From Eledone cirrhosa (Eukaryota), in NCBI GenBank assembly GCA_964016885.1, contig OZ024742.1:98580001-98644000 (forward strand): a stretch of DNA of 64,000 bases, in the 5' to 3' direction. Under the pieces are notes generated by a model, which ran no database searches, was not told where the DNA came from, and was given only the letters and a program-made list of their open reading frames with translations. How positions within the stretch are numbered: position 1 is the stretch's first letter; each line of letters starts with the position of its first letter. Made by a program: the position numbers and the translations under genes. Of this stretch, positions 15,291 to 28,985 are shown piece by piece.

Positions 15291-16373
15291 TGTCATTTCT
15301 GTTAATGAACATAATGAACAGGATAAGAATGAAGATTGTGTGAAGAAGATAAATAAGAAACGTAAAAAACGAATGAAACAGAAAGAAAAGCAAGAAGATG
15401 CCGAAGGGGCTGAACAATATAAAAACAAGAACAAATAATAATATACAAATCTTATGTTAATCAATGTGGAATATCAGCGATATAGCAAAATTAATAAAAC
15501 ATCATCTAAATTAATTGTAATATATGAACATCATTGCTGTATTATATTTGTCTGATGTAACAATACACATGTTTATACTTTCCAACTATTGGTTTTTGTG
15601 TATTGTTGTTGTTGCTGTTGTTGTTGGTGTTTGTTTTATTACTAATTAAATGGTGTTATGTTCCATGTTGAAATTAGAAAATAATAGATTGTAACTATCT
15701 TAACTGAAATAACTGAAATATTGCAGAGAAATACACAACATTATGTTGTGCATACATACATACACACATGCTTGTACAATGGATAATTGAAGAAATTATT
15801 GCATTGATTGAAAAATGTCCACGTATATGGGGGTGTATGCATGAAGCTGCGTTCTATGTGCAAGTATACATAGGACGTTCAAACCCTAACTAAACAAAAA
15901 CTTATTACACGTGAGCAGAGTGTAAAGCAATTTTTCGGAGATAAAAGGTGGCTGCGACTGCGACGTTTCCATACGGTTGCCTATATATATAATATCATAT
16001 ATGTATGTATGATTGGGTAATGGAGGATGTATAAAATGGTGAATGGAATATATATTCATATTCAAATTTCCATTTAGTTGGCGAAGGGCAAACAAATCTA
16101 TGTAACAATCGATCGGATAGACTTTTAAGTCTCTCATAGTGATACTCCCTTGATAATGGGTTTTTAAACACCAAAATATTTAAGATCTTTAAATTTGCTA
16201 AGGTAAGATTATTTTGTTATATAGGCAATCTAACGTTCTTCAAACGCATTGTGGTTGTCTTCAAAATTTAAATTTGTGTTTCATACTAAACAATGCTTCT
16301 AGCAATTTACAAAACTCTGTTATATATATATATATATTAATATAGATGAGATTCAACCCGGAATAACTTACCT

Positions 16374-16428
<55 letters not shown>

Positions 16429-16882
16429 TGTGTGTGTGTGTGTCTATGTATGCATATACTTAGACAATATATATCAATATATATTCATAGGAAATGTAAG
16501 CCTATTGTAAGTTCAGTGTCGTATTTGTGGAGGAGTCTCGCAGAGAGTGAGATTTAACGTGTTTTGTTTAGTGTGTTGTAGTTCGTGTAGGAACAAATGT
16601 TGATGTTATAGTAGCGGTGTTGTAAAATACAGAGTGTGATATTATTTATATTGATTTGGTTATATTTTCTGTCTCAATATGTTTGTGCGCATGTTTGTTA
16701 ATTTTTTTTTTTATTTGGGAGGCAGTATGTGGAGGGGTCAGAAGTGGGGTTTGTGATTTCTCTATGGAAGTATGTGTATGGGTGGTCAATCAGAATAATC
16801 TAATAACTGACACAAAGCCACACACAATCATACACTTGCATGTACACACTTATTTGTCGGTGCAAGCGTTTCTATGGGTATG

Positions 16883-16974
<92 letters not shown>

Positions 16975-17004
16975 TATATTTATATATATATATATAAGTA
17001 TGTA

Positions 17005-17078
<74 letters not shown>

Positions 17079-17082
17079 TGTA

Positions 17083-17121
<39 letters not shown>

Positions 17122-17130
17122 ATGTATATT

Positions 17131-17161
<31 letters not shown>

Positions 17162-17162
17162 G

Positions 17163-17213
<51 letters not shown>

Positions 17214-17242
17214 GTATGTATATTTATATATATATGTATGTA

Positions 17243-17307
<65 letters not shown>

Positions 17308-18929
17308 TATAACTACGAATGTGTAGACACAGTGTGATGATTTTTAATGGTCTGCTGACATCAGTGAAAACAACTAAAAACCCAGAGACTTAACAGTATG
17401 ATGATCAAACAGAGAAACCGAAATCATCCTCTTGGGAAACATTCTAAGAATACAATACACTGAAGTATACGATAAAAATGTTCATGAAATTTGGTCTATA
17501 GGATAGACTGAAGGAATGTACGTAATAAGACAAGACATTTCTTATGTAGAATGAATAACGATCGGGTACAGGGAAGATTCGTATGCTAACAGATACTGCA
17601 GCTCGTTCAGTCTTTTGCCACGTAATAAAATTATAAAACACTGAATATCAAGGGTGTTAATTATGGGCTGTGTTGGTTATATCGGTTCAATATAGTTTAC
17701 AAAATCTTGTATGTTTTTGTACTGGAAGCTGAGGAAATAATTTAATGTTTTGGGACCAGAATCAATGTTTTTAGTGTCCGTCCGACCATACTTATACAGG
17801 CTGAATGAAAGTCGGTGTTTATCTAATGGGGCATTATGAGATTGAAAGTACAGGATTTGCCTTTCGGCGCAGTGTTACGTTCCAATTTCTACTAGTTCTC
17901 ACGTTCAGCTGTGTGAATTTGAGCATTGTGAAATTAATGCCTTGGTCAAGGACAAAAATACCTCCCTGTTTGGGAATCGAACTCATGATTATGAGCCCAA
18001 CATCCTATCTGGTATATGATTATGTGTTGGACTGTTATAAATACGACTGATGCGTACAATATGATGCCCAGAAGAGATGAGATATCAAAGAAGATTATTG
18101 GAGTAGAAGTTTTCAAAAGGGGACAAGGAAATGAAATAATGAAATGGAAACTACGTGGGAGATCGAATGCCGTAATACAGTTTGTTAGAAACAACAGATA
18201 AATCCCCCTCGAATCACATACTTCTCTCTTAAATAAAAGCAAGGAAACATTATATAATATTTACATAATTATCATGTAATAAACATGAGTTTTATTCCTG
18301 GCATGGCTTTCGAAAAAAGCTTTCCCTTATCAGGGTTGATCTGAGGTTAAACAACCCTAACAGCAACTGCAACAACAACCACAGCAACTTCTATAACAAT
18401 AACAAGAACCCCCAAAACAACAAAAGAAACACAATGATGGCAGCAGCTAAAACAGCGAGGACAGCACCACCACCACCAGCGCAACAACAAAAATGACACG
18501 ACAACAACAGGGAAGGAAAAGAAGACGAAGAAATGTCGCTTGCTCTCTTACAATATTATAATCTTTCAACTCAAATCTGTGCTACTTCCTCTATAAAATG
18601 ACCAGCCAGAAACCAAAAGTAGAAATACTACTAAAAAGTAGTTCATTTTTATCCCGTTTATGAATGCAGCTGATAAATTATTGTCCAAATACGTAGGTCT
18701 ATTAAGATTTAACAATAACCAGAGTAATCTCCCCCACTCCATAAAAAAAATCACCTACAATTAGATTTCTTTTTATTTATTTACTTTGTTTTTATCATAC
18801 AGAAACAAGTTTATGGCAGAAACAGTAATGATTGACTACAAAGAAATTCCTATGTGTTGAATTATCTCCCTTTATCTTCTACATTCAAATTATGCTGTTG
18901 TTGTGACTACCGTGGTGATGGCGTCGATG

Positions 18930-18930
18930 T

Positions 18931-19000
<70 letters not shown>

Positions 19001-19720
19001 TGGTGTTGTTGTCATTGTTACTAATGTGGTCTTCCCCTGCTGTGAATATCAATACATTATACTTACTATGAAGTCACTAAAAATACCTGACTTCATTGGA
19101 ATTCAGAGAGAAACCTCTGAGGTATAGCGACATCACAAAGCGTAATACTTTAGTGAAGAGGACGATGGTGGTAGTGGCGGTGGGGCGAAGGTAGTGTAGC
19201 AGTTGGTGGTCTGGTTGGAGTGATGATGATATTAAAGGTAATCGTGGTGTTGGTGTTGGTGGGTGGAGTCATTTACTGCTGATGGTATTGATGGTAAAGA
19301 CGGTTTTGTTGTGGTAGAATGATGGCGGCAGCTGTGGTGGTTTTAGTTTTGGTAGTGGCGATTGTGATGAAAATGATGAATGTGGTTATGACTGTAGTGG
19401 TGATGGTATGGTTGATATTGGTCATAACGGCGTCTAGGACAGTGGTTAGGTTTTGGTGATAAGGTCGGTAGTGACGGTAGATTTGGTGGTGTAAGGAGGA
19501 TTGGTGATTCAGGTGGTTGTGCAGGAGCTGGTTGTGATGTAGGAATATATCGTCATCCTGTTGTTGGAGGTGATAATGATGGATTTACAGTGTAATAAGT
19601 GATGATTGTTAATGTAGTGGTATTGCTGGTGGTGGTGATGATAGTGGGCTATTGTATTGTTGTTAGAGGGGACGTTAAAGGTGATTGTAGCAGTAGTTGT
19701 AGTAGTGATCGTGGTCATTG
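18930..19720. repeat. (TAG)n plus degenerate (GGT/GAT)n low-complexity tract
   Basis: Seen directly. Confidence 0.8.
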
Positions 19721-19794
19721 TCAGGGGGGTTAAGGAAAATGGGAAATATACTTTATATATTATGCCTTTCAGTCATATATATATATATATATAA

Positions 19795-19935
<141 letters not shown>

Positions 19936-20310
19936 CATACATAAATACATATATGTTTGTATGTATAAAAGTGTGCGTGTATATGTATGCATTTGTGTGT
20001 ATGGGTTCTAGTCTATGTGGCTGCATATGTCTGTAGTTTGATGAAGTGTGTAATAAAAGTAGTGTCTCTTGGAATGTATATTAAATATTTTCTGGCCACA
20101 AAGGGAAATTTTGCTATGCAAGTCGTCTTCACTTATAATTCCTTTACAATAATTCGCTTTTGCGATGATGGACACGAAATAACAGCATCTACAGCAAAAA
20201 CAAGACAATAATAATAATAATAATATAGATAAAAGAAATTATAATAAAGGTAATACAAAATATAAGACTAGTCGAATAGTAATAAAGGTATTTTTAATAT
20301 TAATGATAAT

Positions 20311-20343
<33 letters not shown>

Positions 20344-20419
20344 GTATATAGTTCAAATATATTTCAAGAATAGACAGACAGGGACAAAGATGCAAACACA
20401 CACTACACACATATATTAT

Positions 20420-20539
<120 letters not shown>

Positions 20540-21744
20540 ACAGGAAGAGAGAGAGAGAGAGGGAGAGAAGGGAGGGAGAGCAAAAGAAATTAAGAGAGAA
20601 ATAGAAAATTAAAAATCAAAATAGTAATATTATTATTAATAACCTCAAGAACAGTAAATAAATAACTATATATTATTGGTAGTATAGTCAGAATAATAAT
20701 TACAACAAGGGACAAATATTGATGTAGATAGGAAAAATCAAATTTCTATCGTTTGTCGTGGTGAAGATGGTAAATGATCGACTGGTTTCTTATGAAAAGA
20801 AATCAGACGAGAGATTTGTATTATAGATAAGTGAAACTAGAATATATTACGGTGAAAATCCTAGACAACACCGCCATTAAGGCACAGGAGTAAAAGATAT
20901 CTAAATACCAGATATCTAAATACCAGATATCTAAATACCAGATATTAAAACATCGCTTCCTTTTCTCTGCCATTTCCAACGAGAAAGATTTTCTGATTCG
21001 GCAGGTATGACCGGCTTTTTCAACGGAATTCTTTTCACCATCTTGTCTGTTGGGCAGAGCTTAGCTCTACCATCCAGACAGTTTTCACATTTGTTCCTCT
21101 ACCAGCTTTTCCTTTTAATTCTCTTTTTCATTTTTACTATTTTAACTTGAATATTATTACACGTAAGCGTCATGTTTTATTGAAATTGATCAAGGGTTTG
21201 TCAATTGCACGCCGTATGTTTGGGCCTGAGACCACAAAACCTCCAGCGTACACAACGTTAATGTTTGTTGCTTCTGTGTAAATAGTTTTGTTTCCAAAAT
21301 CACACGCTGGAAAAACCAAAAAAAAAAACAAAAACAAATAAATGCAACCACAATGATCCCGAGCACACACACCGTAATCTACAAATGCCGAAACAATCTC
21401 AATTGATTTAATGGCGGATCCTCACTCGCAAATTCCACCCCCCCCCACCCCCATACATGCAATTGGCATCCAGAAGAATTATACTGATCCAACAGTCAAA
21501 GAGTCCAAGGAAACATTTGCTTGGCTTGTACACTCATTTAGATGCAGAGACAGGGTAAAATTCTACCTCTCATCCTGATTTATCATGGCTCCATGATATA
21601 TATATATATATAAATATATATATAAATATATATACGAGTATATAAATATGTGTGAGTGTGGATGTTTACATGTATGTACGTACATCTCCATTTATCTATC
21701 TATACCTATACATATATATCTATCTCTCTCTCTATATATATATA

Positions 21745-22364
21745 TGGTGGCTTCCAACTCGTTTTCGAGTACGGCCACTACTTTATATCCATGTAGGAAA
21801 ACCCCTACCAAACCCCCACGAGTGTGACTTTTTAGTCCGGCCAGAGACTTGAAAACTCTGGTACAACCACTACACTTGTGACAATTGTTGATACATAGTG
21901 CTGGTCCATGGTACCATGTGATGACAAGTGAAGAGAGATCTCCAGATATAAAGCAATGCCTGTGCCGTGAAGCTTTTATAGTGAGCAAAGGCACTGCACA
22001 AAGCCAGTCCCACTCTCTTAACCAAGATGATATTTACCAAAAAAGAAGAACAAGTCAACATCATTGGATACCATCACGGTCGCAGGTGTTATATCAGAGT
22101 TTTCCTTCTCCTAGAATTCTGCCTTGACAAGGGCTAAGGGGTCATCTCTCCCGGTGATTTTGGATGGCCATTGACTCTTAAGAGCTCCCTTGCCCTTTGA
22201 CAGGTTTTGTTTTTAGTCCTGCAGGATGTCCAAAGTCACCCTCCTCACCAAGAAAGCTTGGTGGGGTTGTCAGGTCACCGATGTATATCAGGTCACCAGT
22301 TGGTGCTACTGGTAACATGTATCCCAGTACAATCTGTCTCATGGTCGGGTCGTTGACGACTAAA
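21745..22364 (-). mobile_element. Non-autonomous RTE-LINE-derived element (family R), with inverted 5' tip
   Basis: Close copies at 39180-39787 and 42557-42967; minus strand keeps the C2H2 remnant CSGCTRVFKSLAGLKSH; 22290-22364 is inverted relative to 39708-39787. Confidence 0.8.
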
Positions 22365-22402
22365 CATACTTACATACATACATACATACATACATGCATA
22401 CA

Positions 22403-22468
<66 letters not shown>

Positions 22469-22905
22469 AAATGGCGACCGTTGTGGTCAGTGTCCGATAA
22501 TCGGACGTGTGTAATTACGGCTTACATGAAGGCAACATACCATATATTGGAAAAAGTTGAGCTACATTACGCGGTAAGATTACATACAATAATTCTACAT
22601 AAGTGTTTGAACTGTAAGTGTGTTGTAAAACACCTATTTATATGAACGATACATACACTTATGATATATGAACGATACATACACTTTAACATATAAATGC
22701 AACGTTGTTATATTACATTTATAAAGAAATATTACATTTATATAAAACACAGCTGTAGAATTAAAAACTAACTGAAAAGAAATATTACTCAAGCTGTGAA
22801 TAACTTTAAATTTGATTCTGACAGAACTTTGTCGTAACTTTTAAAGAAGATCATCGACTATTTTGAAAAATAAATACGAAATATTAGTGAATAGACGAAC
22901 TCATC

Positions 22906-23358
22906 ATGGCAAAAAGTACAAGTCTCCTTCGACCAAATCGCAATTACAACCGTTGTACACAGTGGACCTACGAGCTTAACAAAGTATTATATGAAGCATA
23001 CAAACAATCTGAACCCCAAAAGTTCGGTTTTATGCAAAGGCTAAAAACTTTATGGAACTCCAAACACCCAGAATTAGACTGTTCTCCAAAGCATTTAAAT
23101 GAACAGGCAAAACGTATCATTAGATGTAAATTGATACATCTAACGGAATCGAGTGATACTACAAATACAGCCCTTGTAGACAACCACCCCACCTCCACTG
23201 ACAGACAAAGAGAATGGCCAGCTAAATCTAACAGTGAACAGCTCACCAACAATTTTGCTGAAATTCATCCCACTTCCACTGAAGAACAGCGAGAAAGGTC
23301 AGCTGACTCTAGTAGTAATTGTCACCACATCAACAACGAGGCTAAAAGAACTGGCTAA
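22906..23358 (+). CDS. N-terminal domain of the R4/Dong-like polyprotein (disrupted)
   Basis: WTYELNKVLYEAY..S.P...GFMQRLKTLW resembles R4/Dong N-termini; the ORF ends at a 13-nt tandem duplication GGCTAAAAGAACT x2 (~23340-23365) that shifts the frame. Confidence 0.6.
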   Translation: MAKSTSLLRPNRNYNRCTQWTYELNKVLYEAYKQSEPQKFGFMQRLKTLWNSKHPELDCSPKHLNEQAKRIIRCKLIHLTESSDTTNTALVDNHPTSTDRQREWPAKSNSEQLTNNFAEIHPTSTEEQRERSADSSSNCHHINNEAKRTG

Positions 23359-23444
23359 AAGAACTGGAACAGGACTACTGCCAACATGTCCAGACAAAAC
23401 AATATGACATAGATGGGTCAATACTGGAAACAGCTCTACAGAAA

Positions 23445-25688
23445 ATGTCGAATAGGAAATCGCCAGGCCCAGACCTCATTACAGGATACTGGTTGAAGAA
23501 TTTCACTTTCTATCGGCAAGATCTCATACGGCTGTTTACAGAAACCATTAAAGGCACACAAGAACTGCCCAGATGGTTATCAACTGCCTCTACTCTCCTC
23601 ATTCCCAAAAATAGCCAAACCACCCTTGCTAAAAACTACCGCCCAATTGCCTGCCAAAACATCATGTATAAATTATATACTGGGTGCCTTAACCTGTTCT
23701 TACAGGATCACTGTGCTACCAACAACATCATAACACCTGAGCAAGCTGGTGGAAAGAGGGAGGTGTGGGGTTGCATAGATCACCTACTAACTAACAAAAT
23801 GATTCAGGAAAAAACAACAAAGAATCGCAGAAACATGACTGTCGTGTGGCTGGACTATCAAAAAGCATTTGATAGTGTACCTCATGGGTGGATTGTTAAG
23901 GCTTTACAGTTAGCTAAAGTCCCACAACCATTGGTAGCTGCTGTTGAACGCCTGACCAAGAACTGGTACACCAGTTTGATCCTTAGAGGTGAGAAGGAGC
24001 AGGTTAAGACTGATAAGATACATTACCAGAAGGGCATCTTTCAGGGTGATAGCTTGTCAGTGCTACTCTTCGTTCTCTCACTGAATCCACTATCTTACCT
24101 ACTCAGGAAACAAGGTCGACAAAGAAGTGGGACCAGAAGTATCTCCCATCTTTTCTTTGTTGATGACCTGAAGTTGTATGGGCCAAATATCAATGACATC
24201 AAGAAACAATTGGACCTCATTACACAATTTTCAACCGACATCAAAATGAAATTTGGTGAGTCCAAGTGTGCATATTTGGCAGTAAAACGTGGAAGAGCTG
24301 TGCCCTCCTCTAGAAATCTAGAGATGAACGGCCTGACAATACAACCTCTGCAGTCAGGTGACAACTACAGATATCTTGGACAGGATGAGAATGTCAGATA
24401 TGATGGACCCATAAATAAGGAGAGAACCAGAACTGAATACCTCAGAAGAGTAAAGAAAATATGGTCATCAGAACTGTCAGCATACAACAAATACATTGCC
24501 CACAATACTTATGCTGTGCCAATTCTAACGCCAACATTTGGCCTACTGAACTGGTCATTGCAAGAACTAAGTGAGATGGATGTTAGAACTCGAAAACTTC
24601 TCAGTGTTACTGGGAACTTTAACATCAATAGTGATGTGGATAGGCTATACTTCTCACGCAAGGAAGGTGGCCGGGGTCTAAAATCAATATTAACAACATA
24701 TGAGACCCGGATAGTGACACTGAAGCAACACCTTCAACAGAGGAAAAAGGTTGGCAACCATCTTGCCCAGGTTTATGACCATGAAAAAAGAAATATCATT
24801 AGAATAGCGACTGATCTGGAGGAGAGATATGGAATAAAGCCCGATATAAATCTCTCACCCAGAGAAATCGGAAGATCCTATTCAATGTTCAAACAAGAAA
24901 AAAAAATTGACCAATTTACAGAAAAAGTTGTGCATGGATACTTGAGGCGTAAAACACAGACCATAGAGGGGATAAACCACTCAAAAAGCCTGGCATGGAG
25001 TTCCGACAAGTTTATGACATCACACCTTGAGGGATATCTCTATGCAATACAGGAACAAGAACTCCCTACCAAATATCTGCTGCACAAAAGAGGAGGGCCA
25101 GCAGCTGACAATAAATGTAGGCTATGTAAAACAAAGATCGAGGATGTAAGCCACATTGTTGCCAGCTGCGAAATAATGTCATCTCGCTACTACCTCCCCA
25201 TGAGACACGATGGGATAGCTAGAACCATCTGGAACGCACTTCGGAAAACAAAATCAACAACAAACGAGGAAGAATATATTGAGACAGATGGCACTAAGGA
25301 ATACTGGTGGAACCTGAAAATAAAAACTGCCACCAAATTAAAGCACAACCGGCCTGATATTGTAGTTTGGGACCACACATTGAAAACGTGTTCTGTTGTG
25401 GAGATCAGCTGCCCACTTGATGTAAACGTTGTCAGAAAAATACAGGAGAAGGAGGACATCTACGGACCATTCATGAGGAGTTTACAAATCCAGTATCCAA
25501 GATACACCTTTAGCTTCATACCCATCATTATTGGTGCTACGGGTTATATACCAACCCGCTTGGACCAAAGTATGACTGAACTTGGATTTGCGGACAAAAA
25601 GCGCAGCTCCCTAATTCATAGTCTACAAATGGCTGCGATAGCTGGCACCTTCAAAATTTGCAAAACATTCTTGCGATTCAAGGGATGA
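23445..25688 (+). CDS. Reverse transcriptase + CCHC zinc knuckle + restriction-like endonuclease (R4/Dong-like)
   Basis: KSPGPD, NYRPIAC, WLDYQKAFDSVPH, GIFQGDSLS, FVDD, YRYLG, RKEGGRGL, CRLC..HIVASC, RHD, RPDIVVWD..VVEISCP. Confidence 0.93.
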   Translation: MSNRKSPGPDLITGYWLKNFTFYRQDLIRLFTETIKGTQELPRWLSTASTLLIPKNSQTTLAKNYRPIACQNIMYKLYTGCLNLFLQDHCATNNIITPEQAGGKREVWGCIDHLLTNKMIQEKTTKNRRNMTVVWLDYQKAFDSVPHGWIVKALQLAKVPQPLVAAVERLTKNWYTSLILRGEKEQVKTDKIHYQKGIFQGDSLSVLLFVLSLNPLSYLLRKQGRQRSGTRSISHLFFVDDLKLYGPNINDIKKQLDLITQFSTDIKMKFGESKCAYLAVKRGRAVPSSRNLEMNGLTIQPLQSGDNYRYLGQDENVRYDGPINKERTRTEYLRRVKKIWSSELSAYNKYIAHNTYAVPILTPTFGLLNWSLQELSEMDVRTRKLLSVTGNFNINSDVDRLYFSRKEGGRGLKSILTTYETRIVTLKQHLQQRKKVGNHLAQVYDHEKRNIIRIATDLEERYGIKPDINLSPREIGRSYSMFKQEKKIDQFTEKVVHGYLRRKTQTIEGINHSKSLAWSSDKFMTSHLEGYLYAIQEQELPTKYLLHKRGGPAADNKCRLCKTKIEDVSHIVASCEIMSSRYYLPMRHDGIARTIWNALRKTKSTTNEEEYIETDGTKEYWWNLKIKTATKLKHNRPDIVVWDHTLKTCSVVEISCPLDVNVVRKIQEKEDIYGPFMRSLQIQYPRYTFSFIPIIIGATGYIPTRLDQSMTELGFADKKRSSLIHSLQMAAIAGTFKICKTFLRFKG

Positions 25689-25886
25689 CAATTTCTTTTC
25701 TTTTACAACCTTGCCACCAGGAAGGTGGCCGGTCAAAAAATATACTCAAAATTAAGAGAAAGAGAAAACATACATACATACATACATGGTGGCTGCAAAC
25801 TCTGCTAAGAGTATTGCAATCACTTGTCAGCAAGTATTTCATCCCGCAGGGTGTCCAAATATCACCCTCATACATACATACATACA

Positions 25887-25975
<89 letters not shown>

Positions 25976-25976
<1 letters not shown>

Positions 25977-26135
25977 AGGAACCCGATTGATTATAACGCA
26001 CCAAAGTACTCAATACTTAAGGTAGTAGAGTGGGTAATAGGAACAAGTATGACCCCGATAGCAGTGCTCAAGCCGTTTCGACGGCTAATTGTCCAGAATT
26101 CGCCGTCGAAACGGCTTGAGCTCTGCCGTCGGGGG

Positions 26136-26184
<49 letters not shown>

Positions 26185-26370
26185 AACAAGTATGACTCCC
26201 GACGGCAGAGCTCAAGCCGTTTCGACGGCGAATTCTGGACAATTAGCCGTCGAAACGGCTTGAGCACTGCTATCGGGTCATACTTGTTCCTATTACCCAC
26301 TCTACTACCTTAAGTATTGAGTACTTTGGTGCGTTATGGTCCATCGGGTTCCTTACCACATTTCCTTCGT
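25976..26370. mobile_element. Head-to-head pair of GC-rich fold-back mini-elements (family F2)
   Basis: 25976-26140 is the reverse complement of 26191-26354 around a (TA)n(GA)n spacer, and each half is itself a hairpin (TATGACCCCGA..CAAGCCGTTTCGACGG..CCGTCGAAACGGCTTG..CGGGGTCATA). Confidence 0.85.
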
Positions 26371-26392
26371 TATATATATATATATATATATA

Positions 26393-26762
26393 AGCAGAAG
26401 GGATATTCAATTTGTTGGTAATACAACAAGTATAAACGCTTATCACCGATTCAGAGCACTCTACAGTTTTTCAGGAGTATAATATACAATGAAAGTATAA
26501 TATACAATGAAACTATATTTATAAAACCATATTTGTTCTGTTATATATATTTCAAGTGTACCAACATTTTGGTACGCTATCATCAGATAAAATAGGAAGT
26601 GTGTTTTATAAATTTTGACATAACCAAGGAGAATATACGTTAACGGTTCAAGTATCCTTGGATAACTTGAACTGTTATAGCGTGCCAAAATGTTGGTACA
26701 CTTGAAATATAAATAATAGAATAAATATGGTTTTATAAATATAGTTTCTATTTATTTAATAT

Positions 26763-26767
<5 letters not shown>
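26393..26767 (-). mobile_element. Fold-back mini-element (family F1)
   Basis: Homologous to 12456-12906 including the tail; arms ~26509-26580 and ~26677-26747. Confidence 0.8.
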
Positions 26768-26816
<49 letters not shown>

Positions 26817-26824
26817 GTACTGGG

Positions 26825-26857
<33 letters not shown>

Positions 26858-26866
26858 CGTACTGGG

Positions 26867-26904
<38 letters not shown>

Positions 26905-26934
26905 GTGGATGGATACTTCAACAGGTACAAAGTA

Positions 26935-26976
<42 letters not shown>

Positions 26977-27450
26977 TGTGTGTGTGTATGTGCGTGTGTA
27001 TCCACATACGCGTACATGCATACAGATTCACATACACAAATGCATATATATATAGATAAACGTATACATATCAGCGTTGCGTGGCCCCTTGAGAAATCTA
27101 GAAGCGCAGTAACGTTGTATAAATAGTAAATCGGAACGTGAAAGCCATCCCAATCCATGCCGGCATGGAGAGCCAATATAAAATCATTAAGATGATGATG
27201 ATGATGATATCAATGATATATGTTGTTTGTGGACGAAGATATATATCATGGAAATTAAGTTTACGGTGAGCCAAGATTGTGGCCTGGTATTAATTTACAG
27301 TTGAAGTTCTTCGAAATCATATTATGTTGTTAATATCTTTAGGGTAATGTAAATATTCTACTGCATCCCATCGCCCTTTTGTGTATATCAATGATTTTCT
27401 CTCTATAAATAAATAAAATAAATATGCATATATACTATACATATAGATAC

Positions 27451-27725
<275 letters not shown>

Positions 27726-27830
27726 TATGCATATATATACATACAATAGCACACAGACACGCACAGATATATGCATGCTTTCTCTCTCACTCTCTCTCTG
27801 TGTCCCTCTCTCTCTCTCCCTCTCTCTCTG

Positions 27831-27867
<37 letters not shown>

Positions 27868-27965
27868 GGGAAAAAGTATGACCCCGACGGAAGAGCTCAA
27901 GCCGTTTCGACGGTTATTTCTGGACTGCGTTATGGTCTATTTGGTTCCTTACCACAATTCCTTTG

Positions 27966-27966
<1 letters not shown>
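27868..27966. mobile_element. Family F2 copy with one arm deleted
   Basis: GGAAAAAGTATGACCCCGACGGAAGAGCTCAAGCCGTTTCGACGGTTATTTC joined to the tail TGCGTTATGGTC..CCTTACCACAATTCCTTTG; flanked by (TA)n. Confidence 0.8.
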
Positions 27967-28019
<53 letters not shown>

Positions 28020-28222
28020 CCTGCTGTTTTGAGAACAGGGAGACCACTAATCATGTGAGTACTCGATACAAAGGGATATGTAGAGACGTTATATAGATAT
28101 GTAAAATCCCGGCAGAAGCACCAAACGGAAGCACCAAGCGGCTTAGTGCAAACAAAAACAAAAACTGCTAGGTGCCGAGGTCGCAATCTTACATCTCTCT
28201 AATCCTCTCCCTCTCTCCCTAT

Positions 28223-28276
<54 letters not shown>

Positions 28277-28277
<1 letters not shown>

Positions 28278-28560
28278 GGATATACCCCTTTACGAAAAAC
28301 CCCTGTACTGATAGAAACTTTATAGTCTGTATGAAAAGTCCAGAAATGTACTGCAAAGCTTGAAATGTGGATAATATGTTCAGAGAAAAGATGCCAGAAT
28401 AAGAGAATGGCATACATAGGAGAAACAGCCGTTTGCATAGGAAAAAAAGTAAAGGATCATTGGCAAGAACTTAAGGAGAAAGATTTATCAGTGCTATACC
28501 AACATGCAAAATGCAACACTCAGCCAAATTATTGAGGACATCCAACTTTAACGACTGAAG
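28277..28560 (+). pseudogene. PLE GIY-YIG endonuclease remnant
   Basis: C....C......YC...AYIGETAVCIGKKVKDH-like remnant with stops. Confidence 0.4.
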
Positions 28561-28913
28561 ACAGAAGATAAAAAGACAAAAAGAAGACATAAGCGGCCAA
28601 ACAGCTAACGATAAAACCCACACACACTTAAAATACACATAGACATTACGAACACAAAAACATATATACACCCACTGACGAAAGCGGTGACGTAAATGCA
28701 TGCACACGAAAAACGAAAAACGCACCACAAAACGAAATAAAGGCATAACAACAAAAGGAAATAGAAATGATTTAAGAACTGAAAAAGAAAAGATCCAACA
28801 ATTCGACAGTCATTTTCGAGGTCACAGATTGGTGTGACGAAAGAAGAAAGATAAAGTGAATGTTATATGTTATATGTGTTCTATAGGCATAGTCATCATC
28901 CCCAAATATAACT

Positions 28914-28985
<72 letters not shown>

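Larger units (their letters stand above)
22451..25768 (+). mobile_element. R4/Dong-like RLE-type non-LTR retrotransposon inserted in (CATA)n
   Basis: (CATA)n arrays on both sides; N-terminal ORF followed by an RT+RLE ORF; A-rich 3' end. Confidence 0.85.

Noticed and set aside
20894-20946. 15-bp tandem repeat AGATATCTAAATACC, about 3.5 copies
   Set aside because: Ordinary local slippage duplication with no associated feature.
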